NCBI GenBank assembly: GCA_947259735.1
Contig: CAMYNN010000006.1
Coordinates: forward strand, 4,998 to 68,997
DNA length: 64,000 nt
Source: Thermodesulfovibrionia bacterium
Lineage (GTDB): Bacteria > Nitrospirota > Thermodesulfovibrionia > UBA6902
Direction of reading: 5' to 3'
The notes beneath the pieces were generated by a model. The model had not been told where the DNA came from. It was given only the letters and a program-made list of their open reading frames with translations, and searched no databases. Every line of letters begins with the position of its first letter. Within the stretch, counting starts at the first letter, position 1. A program made the position numbers and the translations under genes. Shown here one piece after another: positions 1-8,088 of this stretch.

Positions 1-534
1 AGCGATCTTATTTACTATGGGCATGAGGTCAGGATCTGCCGGCTGTCGTACATAGACCAGCCTTTCGTAATTTTTAAAAAACAATTTCTTCATTTCCTCA
101 TCGTATAGTTCAAGCGGCTTGACGCAGTACTCATCAAAATTAAGAATGAGGTCCTTTTCAAGAAAGTAGGTTTTAGCACTATCATCCATTATTTCCCGGA
201 AGTTGCCCCTTCCAAGAAAAATCTCATAGCAGTGATGACCCTCCATTTTAATAACTCCATACTGCTTGCATAGAATCTCAATGTCAGGAAAGCACTCTCC
301 ATAAAGACATATGATGCGCTCATTAATTTTTTGTGAAGCAATGATTTCCTTCAACAGATACTTCTTGAGTTCAAGGGGATTAATATGGAGGTTAGACGGA
401 AGATATGTTGCAGTTAGTCCCGGAAATTTCTCCTCCAACCTTAACTGCTCAAGTGCAAACTGAAATACTCCGCAGGAAATTATACGGATGGGCCGAATGG
501 GCTTGTCCTCTCTGTTATCCTCACGATATGTCAT
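1..534 (-). CDS. DUF1638-like protein, N-terminal 178 aa (3' end lies beyond the window start)
   Basis: Minus-strand frame is open from the ATG (complement of 532-534) to the window edge. Translation MTYREDNREDKPIRPIRIISCGVFQFALEQL...ICLYGECFPDIEILC resembles DUF1638 proteins found beside corrinoid methyltransferase genes. It is absent from the ORF track because no stop falls in the window. Confidence 0.6.
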   Translation of the reverse strand, partial: MTYREDNREDKPIRPIRIISCGVFQFALEQLRLEEKFPGLTATYLPSNLHINPLELKKYLLKEIIASQKINERIICLYGECFPDIEILCKQYGVIKMEGHHCYEIFLGRGNFREIMDDSAKTYFLEKDLILNFDEYCVKPLELYDEEMKKLFFKNYERLVYVRQPADPDLMPIVNKIA

Positions 535-556
535 AGCAGACTCTGTTAAGTAATAA

Positions 557-647
557 GGGGCAAAGGCACAGAGGCACAAAGGCACAGAGTATAGAAACTT
601 TTTGTCTTTGCCACTTTGTGCCTTTGTGCCTCTGCATCTTTGTGCCT
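557..647. repeat. Low-complexity imperfect inverted repeat (GGCACA(A/G)AG units versus CTTTGTGCC units), intercistronic hairpin element
   Basis: Left arm ggggcaaaggcacagaggcacaaaggcacagag (557-589) is roughly complementary to right arm ctttgccactttgtgcctttgtgcctctg...tgtgcc (about 604-647). It sits between the stop of the 652-2088 gene and the start of the DUF1638 gene. Confidence 0.7.
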
Positions 648-651
648 GTTT

Positions 652-2088
652 TTAAATTCCCACAATATCCGGAAAAGCCTTTTTAATGGCGGAAATAAGA
701 TTGATGTCCAGGAGTCCGTCTTTTTCCTCTTCCAGGATTTCCTTGACCATACTGTTTGCCCTGCTCATCATGCTGGGCCTTCCCTCTTTTTCCCAGACAT
801 CGAAGATGCTCCGCACCGACAGTTCAGGATAAAAGAACTCTTCCATCATGTGGTCAACGGTATGTTCTTCCATTATATAGTTGCCGCCGGGCCCGACTTT
901 TTCGATTACGTCAAGTCCTATGGTATCATCGTCTACCTTTATCCCCGCAAGCAGCCTTCGGATCATGCCAATGATCTCATTGTCAATGACATACTGCTCA
1001 TAGGATATTGAGTTCCCTGAATCAAGCATGCCTGCCGCAAGGTGAATTAAATCAGCACCGGCCATGGCCGTCATCAGGCTTGAAAAAGTTTTTTCAGTAC
1101 CTGCCTGGATATCAGGCCTCTTTGCCTCGGTGACACCCCCGGAACCGTAGATGGGTAATTTGTAGAGCTTTGCGAGCTGAACCGCGGCCGCATTCATCAG
1201 CGCCATCTCCACAGAACCTATGGTAAATTCAACTTTCCTTAAATCCATGACTGTCGGCACAGCCCCGTAGAGCACCTTTGCCCCCGGAGCAAACACCTGG
1301 GCTATAGCCACACCCGCAAGCGACTCGGCATGCATCTGAGTAAGAGTGCCTGCAAGGGTAGCAGGTGCTGTAGCACCGGCAATCGGCGCAGGAGCGCAGG
1401 TAACCGGTATTCCATTGGTACAGCAAAAATGAAGGATACTAAGTGTTTTATTCTCTATAGTCAACGGACTTATGGCGTTTGTAATAACCGACACAAATGG
1501 CTTTTCTCTAAGGTTGTCCTTACCACCCGCAATAATGCATGCGAGCTGCCACATCTGCTTTGCGCCGTCTATGTTTTCACACCCTCCCATAACGTGTTTA
1601 TAGGTATGATTGAGTGCATGGTAGAAATCATTCAGATGATAGTGCTCCGGCCCGACATCATGGGCCTGGCATGCGACGATATAGAATTGAATATATTTCA
1701 GTTTGTCCACCAGTTTAGCAGTGTGAACAATGTCCCTGAGCATAGTGGGCCTGTAGCCTCTAGTACCCATATCGAGTATCTGAAACACCCTGCCGCCGTT
1801 GGCAAAATTTACTTTTCCTTCTCCGAGGTGAATATCATTGTTCCCGTCCCTCGAGTAAAGGACAAATCCCGATGGTGCATGGCCGAGTTTTTCATCCAGC
1901 CACTCACCATCAAATCGGACTATCTCTTTTTCAGCATCCACATGGGCCCCGGCATCTTTAAGCATATCAAGCACATCAGCATCGTGGATCCTGATCCCGA
2001 TCTTATTTAATATGTGCCGTCCGGCCTGATCAATCTTTTTCAGGTCATCAGTACCAAGTGGTGCAAAAAACGGTAAACTAAATCCCAT
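652..2088 (-). CDS. MttB-superfamily methyltransferase, non-pyrrolysine type (quaternary amine:corrinoid methyltransferase, MtgB-like)
   Basis: 478-aa uninterrupted ORF whose overall sequence resembles the trimethylamine methyltransferase MttB family (e.g. ...GGNYIMEEHTVDHM...). No in-frame TAG. Clustered with a corrinoid protein and a pterin-binding methyltransferase. Confidence 0.85.
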   Translation of the reverse strand: MGFSLPFFAPLGTDDLKKIDQAGRHILNKIGIRIHDADVLDMLKDAGAHVDAEKEIVRFDGEWLDEKLGHAPSGFVLYSRDGNNDIHLGEGKVNFANGGRVFQILDMGTRGYRPTMLRDIVHTAKLVDKLKYIQFYIVACQAHDVGPEHYHLNDFYHALNHTYKHVMGGCENIDGAKQMWQLACIIAGGKDNLREKPFVSVITNAISPLTIENKTLSILHFCCTNGIPVTCAPAPIAGATAPATLAGTLTQMHAESLAGVAIAQVFAPGAKVLYGAVPTVMDLRKVEFTIGSVEMALMNAAAVQLAKLYKLPIYGSGGVTEAKRPDIQAGTEKTFSSLMTAMAGADLIHLAAGMLDSGNSISYEQYVIDNEIIGMIRRLLAGIKVDDDTIGLDVIEKVGPGGNYIMEEHTVDHMMEEFFYPELSVRSIFDVWEKEGRPSMMSRANSMVKEILEEEKDGLLDINLISAIKKAFPDIVGI

Positions 2089-2100
2089 AATATGCCTTTG

Positions 2101-2270
2101 AAATTACGAATTATTAATTACGAATTACGAGTGATTAATAATTTGCAATTATCTTTTCGCAATTCGTAATTAGTTGTTTGTCATTTGCCCCAGTCCCCGC
2201 GACTTAGATTCACGGCGTGAATCTGTGGGGATCTCAATTCGTAATTTGTCATTTGTAATTCGTAATTATC
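2101..2270. repeat. Composite inverted-repeat element built from AATTACGAATT / AATTCGTAATT units with a central GC hairpin
   Basis: aattacgaatta occurs at about 2102 and 2116. The complementary aattcgtaatt occurs at about 2161, 2236 and 2257. The central hairpin is agattcacg/cgtgaatct (2206-2224), flanked by cccc/gggg. The right end overlaps the last codons (..IITNYK) of the 2249-3700 gene. Confidence 0.75.
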
Positions 2271-3700
2271 TGTTCTATTTCTTTAAGTACCTCATCCGAT
2301 TTCACTTCAACCTCATGTTCTGCAAGAATCCTCTTTGCCTCAGCATTGCACCGTTTGTACATGTCCATGGAGCCTGCGCTTTCCCAGGCATCATAACGGG
2401 AACGGTCGATCAGGCTGGGCAGGAAATTTGCCGTCTCATAATTTTCAAATGTGTGGTCTTCTGTAAGAAAGATAGAGCCCGGTCCGCCGGTCCCCACCTT
2501 TTCTATTACCTTGAGCGCAAGGGTATTTTCATCTACAGGTATGCCGCCTGTAAAAAAGCGGCTCATGGCTATAAGTTCGTTGGCCATTGTCACCATTTCG
2601 AGCGAAGAGGTTGTACCGAACTCTATATAACCCACATCATGGATAAGGTTAGCGCGGGAGAGCATTGATGTTGTGATAGAGAACATGGACTCAGCGCCTG
2701 CCTGGGCATCCATGACCTTTGCATCCGATGCACCTGCATATGCCCATATAGGCAGCCCGTAAAGTTCATCTCTCATATCAGCAAGCGCAGCCTGGGTAAG
2801 GCTCCATTCAGGGCAGCCGTAAGAAACAACTGTGGACTTCATATCAAGGGCGCTTACGTTCGGGCCGAAGAGGAACGGTGATCCTTTTCCAGCAAGCTGA
2901 TGTACGACAAGACCGACAAGGTTTTCAGCAATCCCCATGGCCATGGCGCCTGCAAGTGTGACCGGGGCCCCGCCTCCGGCATTTGAGCCTGAAGGGAAAC
3001 ACATGGGTATCTTCTTTTGAGCGCAGAAGATGAGTCTGTCGAGAACGTTTTCCGGAAACCTGAGAGGGCTGATGGCTTCTGAATAATTTAAAAGGAATGG
3101 CTTTAACTGCAGCTGCTCTTCACCTCCTGCAATCGCACAGGCGATCTCATAAATCTTTGCTATGTCCTTACCGCTGTCTGCAATAAATACTAGTGGCTTA
3201 TTTGTATTTTTGATCATTTCGCCGAATGCATGAATATATACGGCCTCCACCGGGACATCATCGGGGTTGGACATTGACATTGCAAAAGAGATATTTTCCA
3301 GACCATCCACAAGTTTTGCAAAATTGGCCACATCCTTAAGGAGGGTCCTCCGGCGTTCGCCTGTTTCAATATCTATTGTATAGACTGTGTCCGAGCCCGT
3401 ACCGTAGAATGGATTATTATTGAAAAGCGGCATCGCCTTGTTCCCCTTCTGGTCGTAAAGGCTGATCTGACGCGGAGCTGTCTTAAGCGCTGCCTCGGCA
3501 AGATAGGCCGGCATCCTTACCCAGTCTCCGTTGAAAACCGTGCATCCCGCTGCTGCAAGCATATCACGGGCACCGGCATGTTCCATCTTGAACCCTGTTT
3601 TTTCGATTATCTCCAGAGCTGCATTATGTATGGCAAGGACCTGTTCGCGGTTTAGTACCTTAAGGCGGGGTTGAAATGTGGGGATATCAGGTAATCTCAT
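2249..3700 (-). CDS. Second MttB-superfamily methyltransferase paralog, non-pyrrolysine type
   Basis: 483-aa uninterrupted ORF that aligns by eye with the neighbouring MttB-like protein (..FLTEDHTFENY.., ..GGAPVTLAGA..). Confidence 0.85.
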   Translation of the reverse strand: MRLPDIPTFQPRLKVLNREQVLAIHNAALEIIEKTGFKMEHAGARDMLAAAGCTVFNGDWVRMPAYLAEAALKTAPRQISLYDQKGNKAMPLFNNNPFYGTGSDTVYTIDIETGERRRTLLKDVANFAKLVDGLENISFAMSMSNPDDVPVEAVYIHAFGEMIKNTNKPLVFIADSGKDIAKIYEIACAIAGGEEQLQLKPFLLNYSEAISPLRFPENVLDRLIFCAQKKIPMCFPSGSNAGGGAPVTLAGAMAMGIAENLVGLVVHQLAGKGSPFLFGPNVSALDMKSTVVSYGCPEWSLTQAALADMRDELYGLPIWAYAGASDAKVMDAQAGAESMFSITTSMLSRANLIHDVGYIEFGTTSSLEMVTMANELIAMSRFFTGGIPVDENTLALKVIEKVGTGGPGSIFLTEDHTFENYETANFLPSLIDRSRYDAWESAGSMDMYKRCNAEAKRILAEHEVEVKSDEVLKEIEQIITNYK

Positions 3701-3727
3701 GGCTGACTCCTTTATAAAAGTTATCTT

Positions 3728-4366
3728 TTAAGACAATCCCAGTATTTTCTTTGCTTCAATCACGGCCGAGCCCGCATCAGGGGCATAGGAGTCGGCCCCG
3801 ATCTGTTCGGCAAAACCGGCGCTAACAGGGGCACCACCTATCATTACCTTTACTTTATCTCGCAGGCCGGCATTCTGTAATGCATCAATGGTCTCTTTCA
3901 TACCGGGCATTGTTGTTGAAAGCAGCGCCGACAGTGCCAGTATCTCCGCACCGGTCTCTTTGACTTTTTCAACAAATGCATCAGCAGGAATATCCACCCC
4001 AAGGTCGATTATGGTAAATCCGGCCCCTTCCATCATCATGGACACAAGGTTCTTACCAATATCGTGAAGGTCGCCCTTCACCGTTCCGATAACAACCTTG
4101 CCCTTAAAATTGATATCCTGGTCCTGCAAATGCGGTTTCATAAGGACCATGCACTCCTGCATGGCCTTTGCAGAGCGCAGCATCTGCGGAACAAACATCT
4201 TGCCTGACGCAAACCTGGCGCCGACCTCGTCCATGGGTGCTATGAGGCCCTTGTCAAGAATATCCTGAACGTCAATTTCTGCATCCAGTGCCTTCCTTGT
4301 CTCCTCAACGGCCTTGCTAATGTCAGACTTGATTATGGCCTCATTCAATGCTTCGAAGTTACTCAT
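3728..4366 (-). CDS. Corrinoid (cobalamin-binding) methyl-carrier protein, MtgC/MttC-like
   Basis: 212 aa with a helical cap plus a Rossmann B12-binding domain. It has the DxHxxG motif (GDLHDIGKN), SALLSTT and a GGAP motif. Confidence 0.9.
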   Translation of the reverse strand: MSNFEALNEAIIKSDISKAVEETRKALDAEIDVQDILDKGLIAPMDEVGARFASGKMFVPQMLRSAKAMQECMVLMKPHLQDQDINFKGKVVIGTVKGDLHDIGKNLVSMMMEGAGFTIIDLGVDIPADAFVEKVKETGAEILALSALLSTTMPGMKETIDALQNAGLRDKVKVMIGGAPVSAGFAEQIGADSYAPDAGSAVIEAKKILGLS

Positions 4367-4417
4367 CTTTTACCCCCTTTGATTCAACGGGTTAATAATT
4401 AATAGTTCGTAAAATAG

Positions 4418-5218
4418 TTATTGGTCAGCGAATATCCCATTCTGATAAGCATCAATATACTTTTCGCAGTACTCATCCCGTCCCAGGAGCATCTCAACGG
4501 ATATGATCGTTGACATGAGTTTCCTGTCAGTCGGGTCTAATATCGCTGCAGACAGACCATTGGCCATTGCAAGAGCGAGAAAATTCCGGTTAATAAGGCT
4601 CCTGTGGGGAAGACCGAAAGATACATTCGATAGTCCGCAGATAGTATTGACTCCCGGGAACCCCTGCATAATTTTATTTATGGCTCCGAGGATTGCAGGC
4701 CCCATGCGGATATCGACAGACACCGGCTGCACCAGCGGATCTACATAAATCTTTTCAACGGGGACTCCTTTGTCGGTTAGTTTATTTATGAGTTCTGAAG
4801 CTGCTTCTACCCGGTCTTCCACACTGACCGGCATTGCTGTCTGTGTCATGCACAGGGCAACCACATGGCATGGATGAGATGTTATGACCGGAAGGAGTGC
4901 CTCATAGCGATCTCTTTCAAGTGAGATTGAATTTATCATCGGCTCACCTTTGTGGAGTTTGATTGCTTCGGACAGGGCTGCGGGGTCGGGGCTGTCCAGG
5001 CAGAGCGGCAGATCAATTTGGGACTGCACTGTTTCTACGAGCCAGCAAAGACATTCTGTTTCCTTTTCCACAAAGGTTCCTGCATTGACATCAATAAAGC
5101 TTGCTCCTGCGTCAGCCTGGTCCTTAGCTACATGAACAATAAAATCAACATCCCTGATTTCTACAGCTTCAGCTATCTTTTTGCGGCTTGTATTGATCTT
5201 TTCGCCAACGATGATCAT
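4418..5218 (-). CDS. Pterin-binding methyltransferase (methyl-corrinoid:tetrahydrofolate methyltransferase, MtgA/AcsE-like)
   Basis: 266 aa. MIIVGEKINTSRKKI..ASFIDVNAG..MINSIS..GLSNVSFGLP is typical of the dihydropteroate-synthase-like methyl-THF corrinoid methyltransferases. Confidence 0.8.
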   Translation of the reverse strand: MIIVGEKINTSRKKIAEAVEIRDVDFIVHVAKDQADAGASFIDVNAGTFVEKETECLCWLVETVQSQIDLPLCLDSPDPAALSEAIKLHKGEPMINSISLERDRYEALLPVITSHPCHVVALCMTQTAMPVSVEDRVEAASELINKLTDKGVPVEKIYVDPLVQPVSVDIRMGPAILGAINKIMQGFPGVNTICGLSNVSFGLPHRSLINRNFLALAMANGLSAAILDPTDRKLMSTIISVEMLLGRDEYCEKYIDAYQNGIFADQ

Positions 5219-5589
5219 GGTTGCTCCTTTCCTATATATATTTTCGACTTAAATCATTAATAACTAAAGTTTTTCAATTAAATTATTGTTCTTGATTTCA
5301 TGTTAACAGGTATATGTAATGTTGTCGAATCGAAGGAACTTATCCAATGAAAGAACCTCTTGAACAATTCAAACGGTTGGAACAGTTTGTATGCAAAAAC
5401 AATAAAGCGCTTATCCTGTTAAAGGTATATTTATTTTGTGTACTAACGTATTTTTTCAGATAGCTGGCAATGATAAAATTTATAAATATAAATAAATCTT
5501 ATCCCCCGGATGTGCCTGCAGTAAATGATTTGTCTTTGGACATACGCGGAGGGTCTCGATGCTTGCAGGAAGCTCCCGTAAGCTGTTAA

Positions 5590-5760
5590 CGTTTATTCCG
5601 CTTAAAAGTAGAGCCTGTTTATGCTGAGAGCTACAGGACTGTTGACGAGGCCAGTGCAAGCATTTTTGAATACATTGAGTTATTCTACAACCAGGTTCGC
5701 AGGCATTCAGCAATTGGTTATCTCAGCCCCAACGATTATGAACAACAATTTATACATTCA
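5590..5760 (+). pseudogene. IS3-family transposase remnant (C-terminal about 55 aa of the integrase core only)
   Basis: One frame reads RLFRLKVEPVYAESYRTVDEASASIFEYIELFYNQVRRHSAIGYLSPNDYEQQF, matching the conserved C-terminus of IS3 OrfB transposases. An in-frame stop lies immediately upstream (5587-5589). There is no N-terminal part and no inverted repeats were found. Confidence 0.6.
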
Positions 5761-5819
5761 CTGTGTCCACTTTTTGTGGGTAAGACCAGTTTTAGAGACA
5801 AAAGATCAATATTTATAGA

Positions 5820-6218
5820 ATGACTAGATATATTCATTTTTACAGTGAGCGCTTCAAACCAGACCCCGGCGAAGACGATGAAGTTAATCCCGGGATATAT
5901 GGAAAAAAGCTCGCTGCATGGTTAATAGACAACTTACCGAAGAATGGAATAAAAACAAATAGAATGTATCCTGAAGATTGGGGATGGGAGATTGATATTT
6001 CGAAGGAAAGCATTAAAGGATACGTTGGTGTGAGAAATATTGATGGAACAGAAAATGAGTGGGTAGTGTTCATTGATATAAGAAACAAGATTATAAAAAA
6101 ACTACTTGGAAAATCACAGAATGAAGGAAAAGAAATAGAGGCTGTATTGAAAGGATTAGAGAAAATCCTTAGAGGTGAGGCCAGCATAAGAAATATAAAT
6201 ATGGACTATAACCTATGA
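5820..6218 (+). CDS. Hypothetical protein (132 aa)
   Basis: ORF in an AT-rich islet. Its start overlaps the end of the transposase-remnant frame. No family recognised. Confidence 0.45.
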   Translation: MTRYIHFYSERFKPDPGEDDEVNPGIYGKKLAAWLIDNLPKNGIKTNRMYPEDWGWEIDISKESIKGYVGVRNIDGTENEWVVFIDIRNKIIKKLLGKSQNEGKEIEAVLKGLEKILRGEASIRNINMDYNL

Positions 6219-6457
6219 AAAAATAACAAGTTGTCGGAGATTGAACGAGTAGTTCAGAGAGCTTGTTTAGAATGTAGTGTTTTGAGATGAGCACATTAGT
6301 TTGAAGGCTTGATGACATGCTTCATGGTACGTATCCGTGACGTTGGAGTTCTATGCAAGAAAATTTTAAAAAAGGGCTTACAATTCTTATTTCTGGATAT
6401 TTTGAAGTGCGAATTTATTTGTAAAAGACGGAAAGGAATGCTTGAAAAAGAAATATC

Positions 6458-6466
6458 TGGTATAAT
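6458..6466 (+). promoter_or_regulatory. Extended -10 promoter candidate (TGGTATAAT)
   Basis: tggtataat lies about 120 nt upstream of the rho-like ATG. Confidence 0.4.
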
Positions 6467-6588
6467 CAGAGTGGTTAATTAAAGTCCCAGATATATCGGT
6501 ATTTAAAGATCCGGGAGTTTGAATAGAAATAATATTCTAAAATCTCCAGAGAAGACCTTCTATTAAAATCAAAAAATAAGGAGTATAT

Positions 6589-7551
6589 ATGAGTTCTTTT
6601 GGTCGGAATTCGCGGCGTGGGCATTCACGACCGCAGCAGCGTTCGCATGCGCCTGCGCGCAGAGTTGCTTCAGCGGATGAGAAAAAGTTTCTTGCCGGTA
6701 CGGCAATAAATCCACATCCGCGTATTATTCTTGAGAAGGGCAGTGATGATTTGTCTGTCCGTGCGCTTGATCTTATTTGTCCAATAGGGATGGGTCAGCG
6801 TGCTCTTGTAGTATCATCGCCTGGGTTGGGGAAAACAACTTTTTTAAAGAATATCTGTAATGCAGTTACAGACGGGTATCCTGACATGAAGGTATATTGC
6901 GTACTCGTTGATGAGCGACCTGAAGAGGTCACTGATTTTACGCGTAGTGTGCGTGCCAAAGTGCATTCTTCATCTATGGATCATAGTCATGAAAATCATA
7001 TAAAACTTGTCGATACGGTCATTGCAGAGGCTTTTAAGGAAGCTGCCGCAGGGCATAATGTGATGATACTGCTTGATTCACTTACGCGTCTGGCGCGGGT
7101 ACATAACGCACAGCACCGGGGTCGGGGGCGTACGATGTCTGGAGGAGTGGGTGCCGGTGCACTTGAAGTGCCTCGTCGCATTTTTGGTACAGCCCGCAAT
7201 GTAGAGGGGATGGGCTCTATAACTATCCTTGCGACTATCCTGGTCGATACGGGCAGTGCTATGGATGATGTTATATTTGAGGAGTTTAAAGGCACAGGGA
7301 ATATGGAACTGGTGCTCTCAAAAAAACTGGCGGAGACAAGGGTATTCCCGGCAATCGATGTGGAAAAAAGCGGTACCCGGCGTGCTGAGCTTTTGTTTGA
7401 GCCGGAAGAGTACAGACGTCTTCAATTATTGTACCGGGGCATGGCAACGATGAATAATGTGACTGCTATGGAAAAGCTGATAGACATGCTTCAGAAATAT
7501 CCGAGTAATAGCGATCTTTTAGAATCATTTAAAGGTTTTAAGGTTAGTTAG
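6589..7551 (+). CDS. Rho-family hexameric ATPase lacking the N-terminal RNA-binding domain
   Basis: 320 aa with SD AAGGAG 5 nt upstream and an in-frame stop 12 nt upstream. It aligns by eye to the C-terminal two thirds of E. coli Rho (PIGMGQRALVVSSPGLGKT, VLVDERPEEV, DSLTRLARVHN, MSGGV, FEEFKGTGNMELVLSKK, VFPAIDVEKSGTR). The first about 45 aa are Arg/Ser-rich and unrelated to the Rho N-terminal domain. Confidence 0.85.
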   Translation: MSSFGRNSRRGHSRPQQRSHAPARRVASADEKKFLAGTAINPHPRIILEKGSDDLSVRALDLICPIGMGQRALVVSSPGLGKTTFLKNICNAVTDGYPDMKVYCVLVDERPEEVTDFTRSVRAKVHSSSMDHSHENHIKLVDTVIAEAFKEAAAGHNVMILLDSLTRLARVHNAQHRGRGRTMSGGVGAGALEVPRRIFGTARNVEGMGSITILATILVDTGSAMDDVIFEEFKGTGNMELVLSKKLAETRVFPAIDVEKSGTRRAELLFEPEEYRRLQLLYRGMATMNNVTAMEKLIDMLQKYPSNSDLLESFKGFKVS

Positions 7552-8088
7552 GGTTAACTTGAATGAACAATAACTGTTCTGTGCACAGGGATGACGCCGG
7601 CGGTGACTGATATGCAATTGAATCACTTCCAGTCTAGAAATTATCTTTTAGCAGTTAAATATAATCCAGGCACTTGTCAGTGATACTTAGTCCGATATGG
7701 GCTTGGCCTTAGCAGGCGCTATTTTATCTATATTATTATTAAGCCGCTATCATGATGTTCAAATGAAACATGACCAGTCAATAAATTTCAATCAGCACTA
7801 ACGTTTGTACGAGAAAAGTATTGAATAGGGGAAAGATGAAGTAAAAAAGTATTGCTTTTTGCTCCAAAGGGATTTGAAGACTTAAAGCTTGCTAAATTCG
7901 CTGACTGGAAAAGACGATGATACTTTCCTCTCTTCAGAGAATTACCTCTATTCTTAATATGGAATCTATTGACGCAGGCCCGGTTGAAACCCTGTTGAAA
8001 CAATTACCGAACTTCAACCGGTGGATAATAAGGATGCAGGATCAGGTCAGGGAAGAGAAGTAGGGGGATGACCCAGCGGACTTCTTTG

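Noticed and set aside
2101-2270. Resemblance of AATTACGAATT / TCGTAATT words to Zur/Fur-type boxes (TCGTAAT-N-ATTACGA)
   Set aside because: The words occur as multi-copy low-complexity arms of a large hairpin between two genes inside an operon, not at a promoter. Analogous elements elsewhere use unrelated words, so a metalloregulator site is unlikely.
652-3700. Pyrrolysine (in-frame TAG) in the MttB-like genes
   Set aside because: Both ORFs are continuous with no internal amber codon, so they are non-Pyl members of the superfamily.
6219-6588. Possible decayed Rho N-terminal domain upstream of the rho-like ORF
   Set aside because: All three frames contain multiple stops, the region is AT-rich and contains a promoter-like TGGTATAAT, and the few residue coincidences with the Rho OB-fold region are not convincing. 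Only tblastn could settle it.
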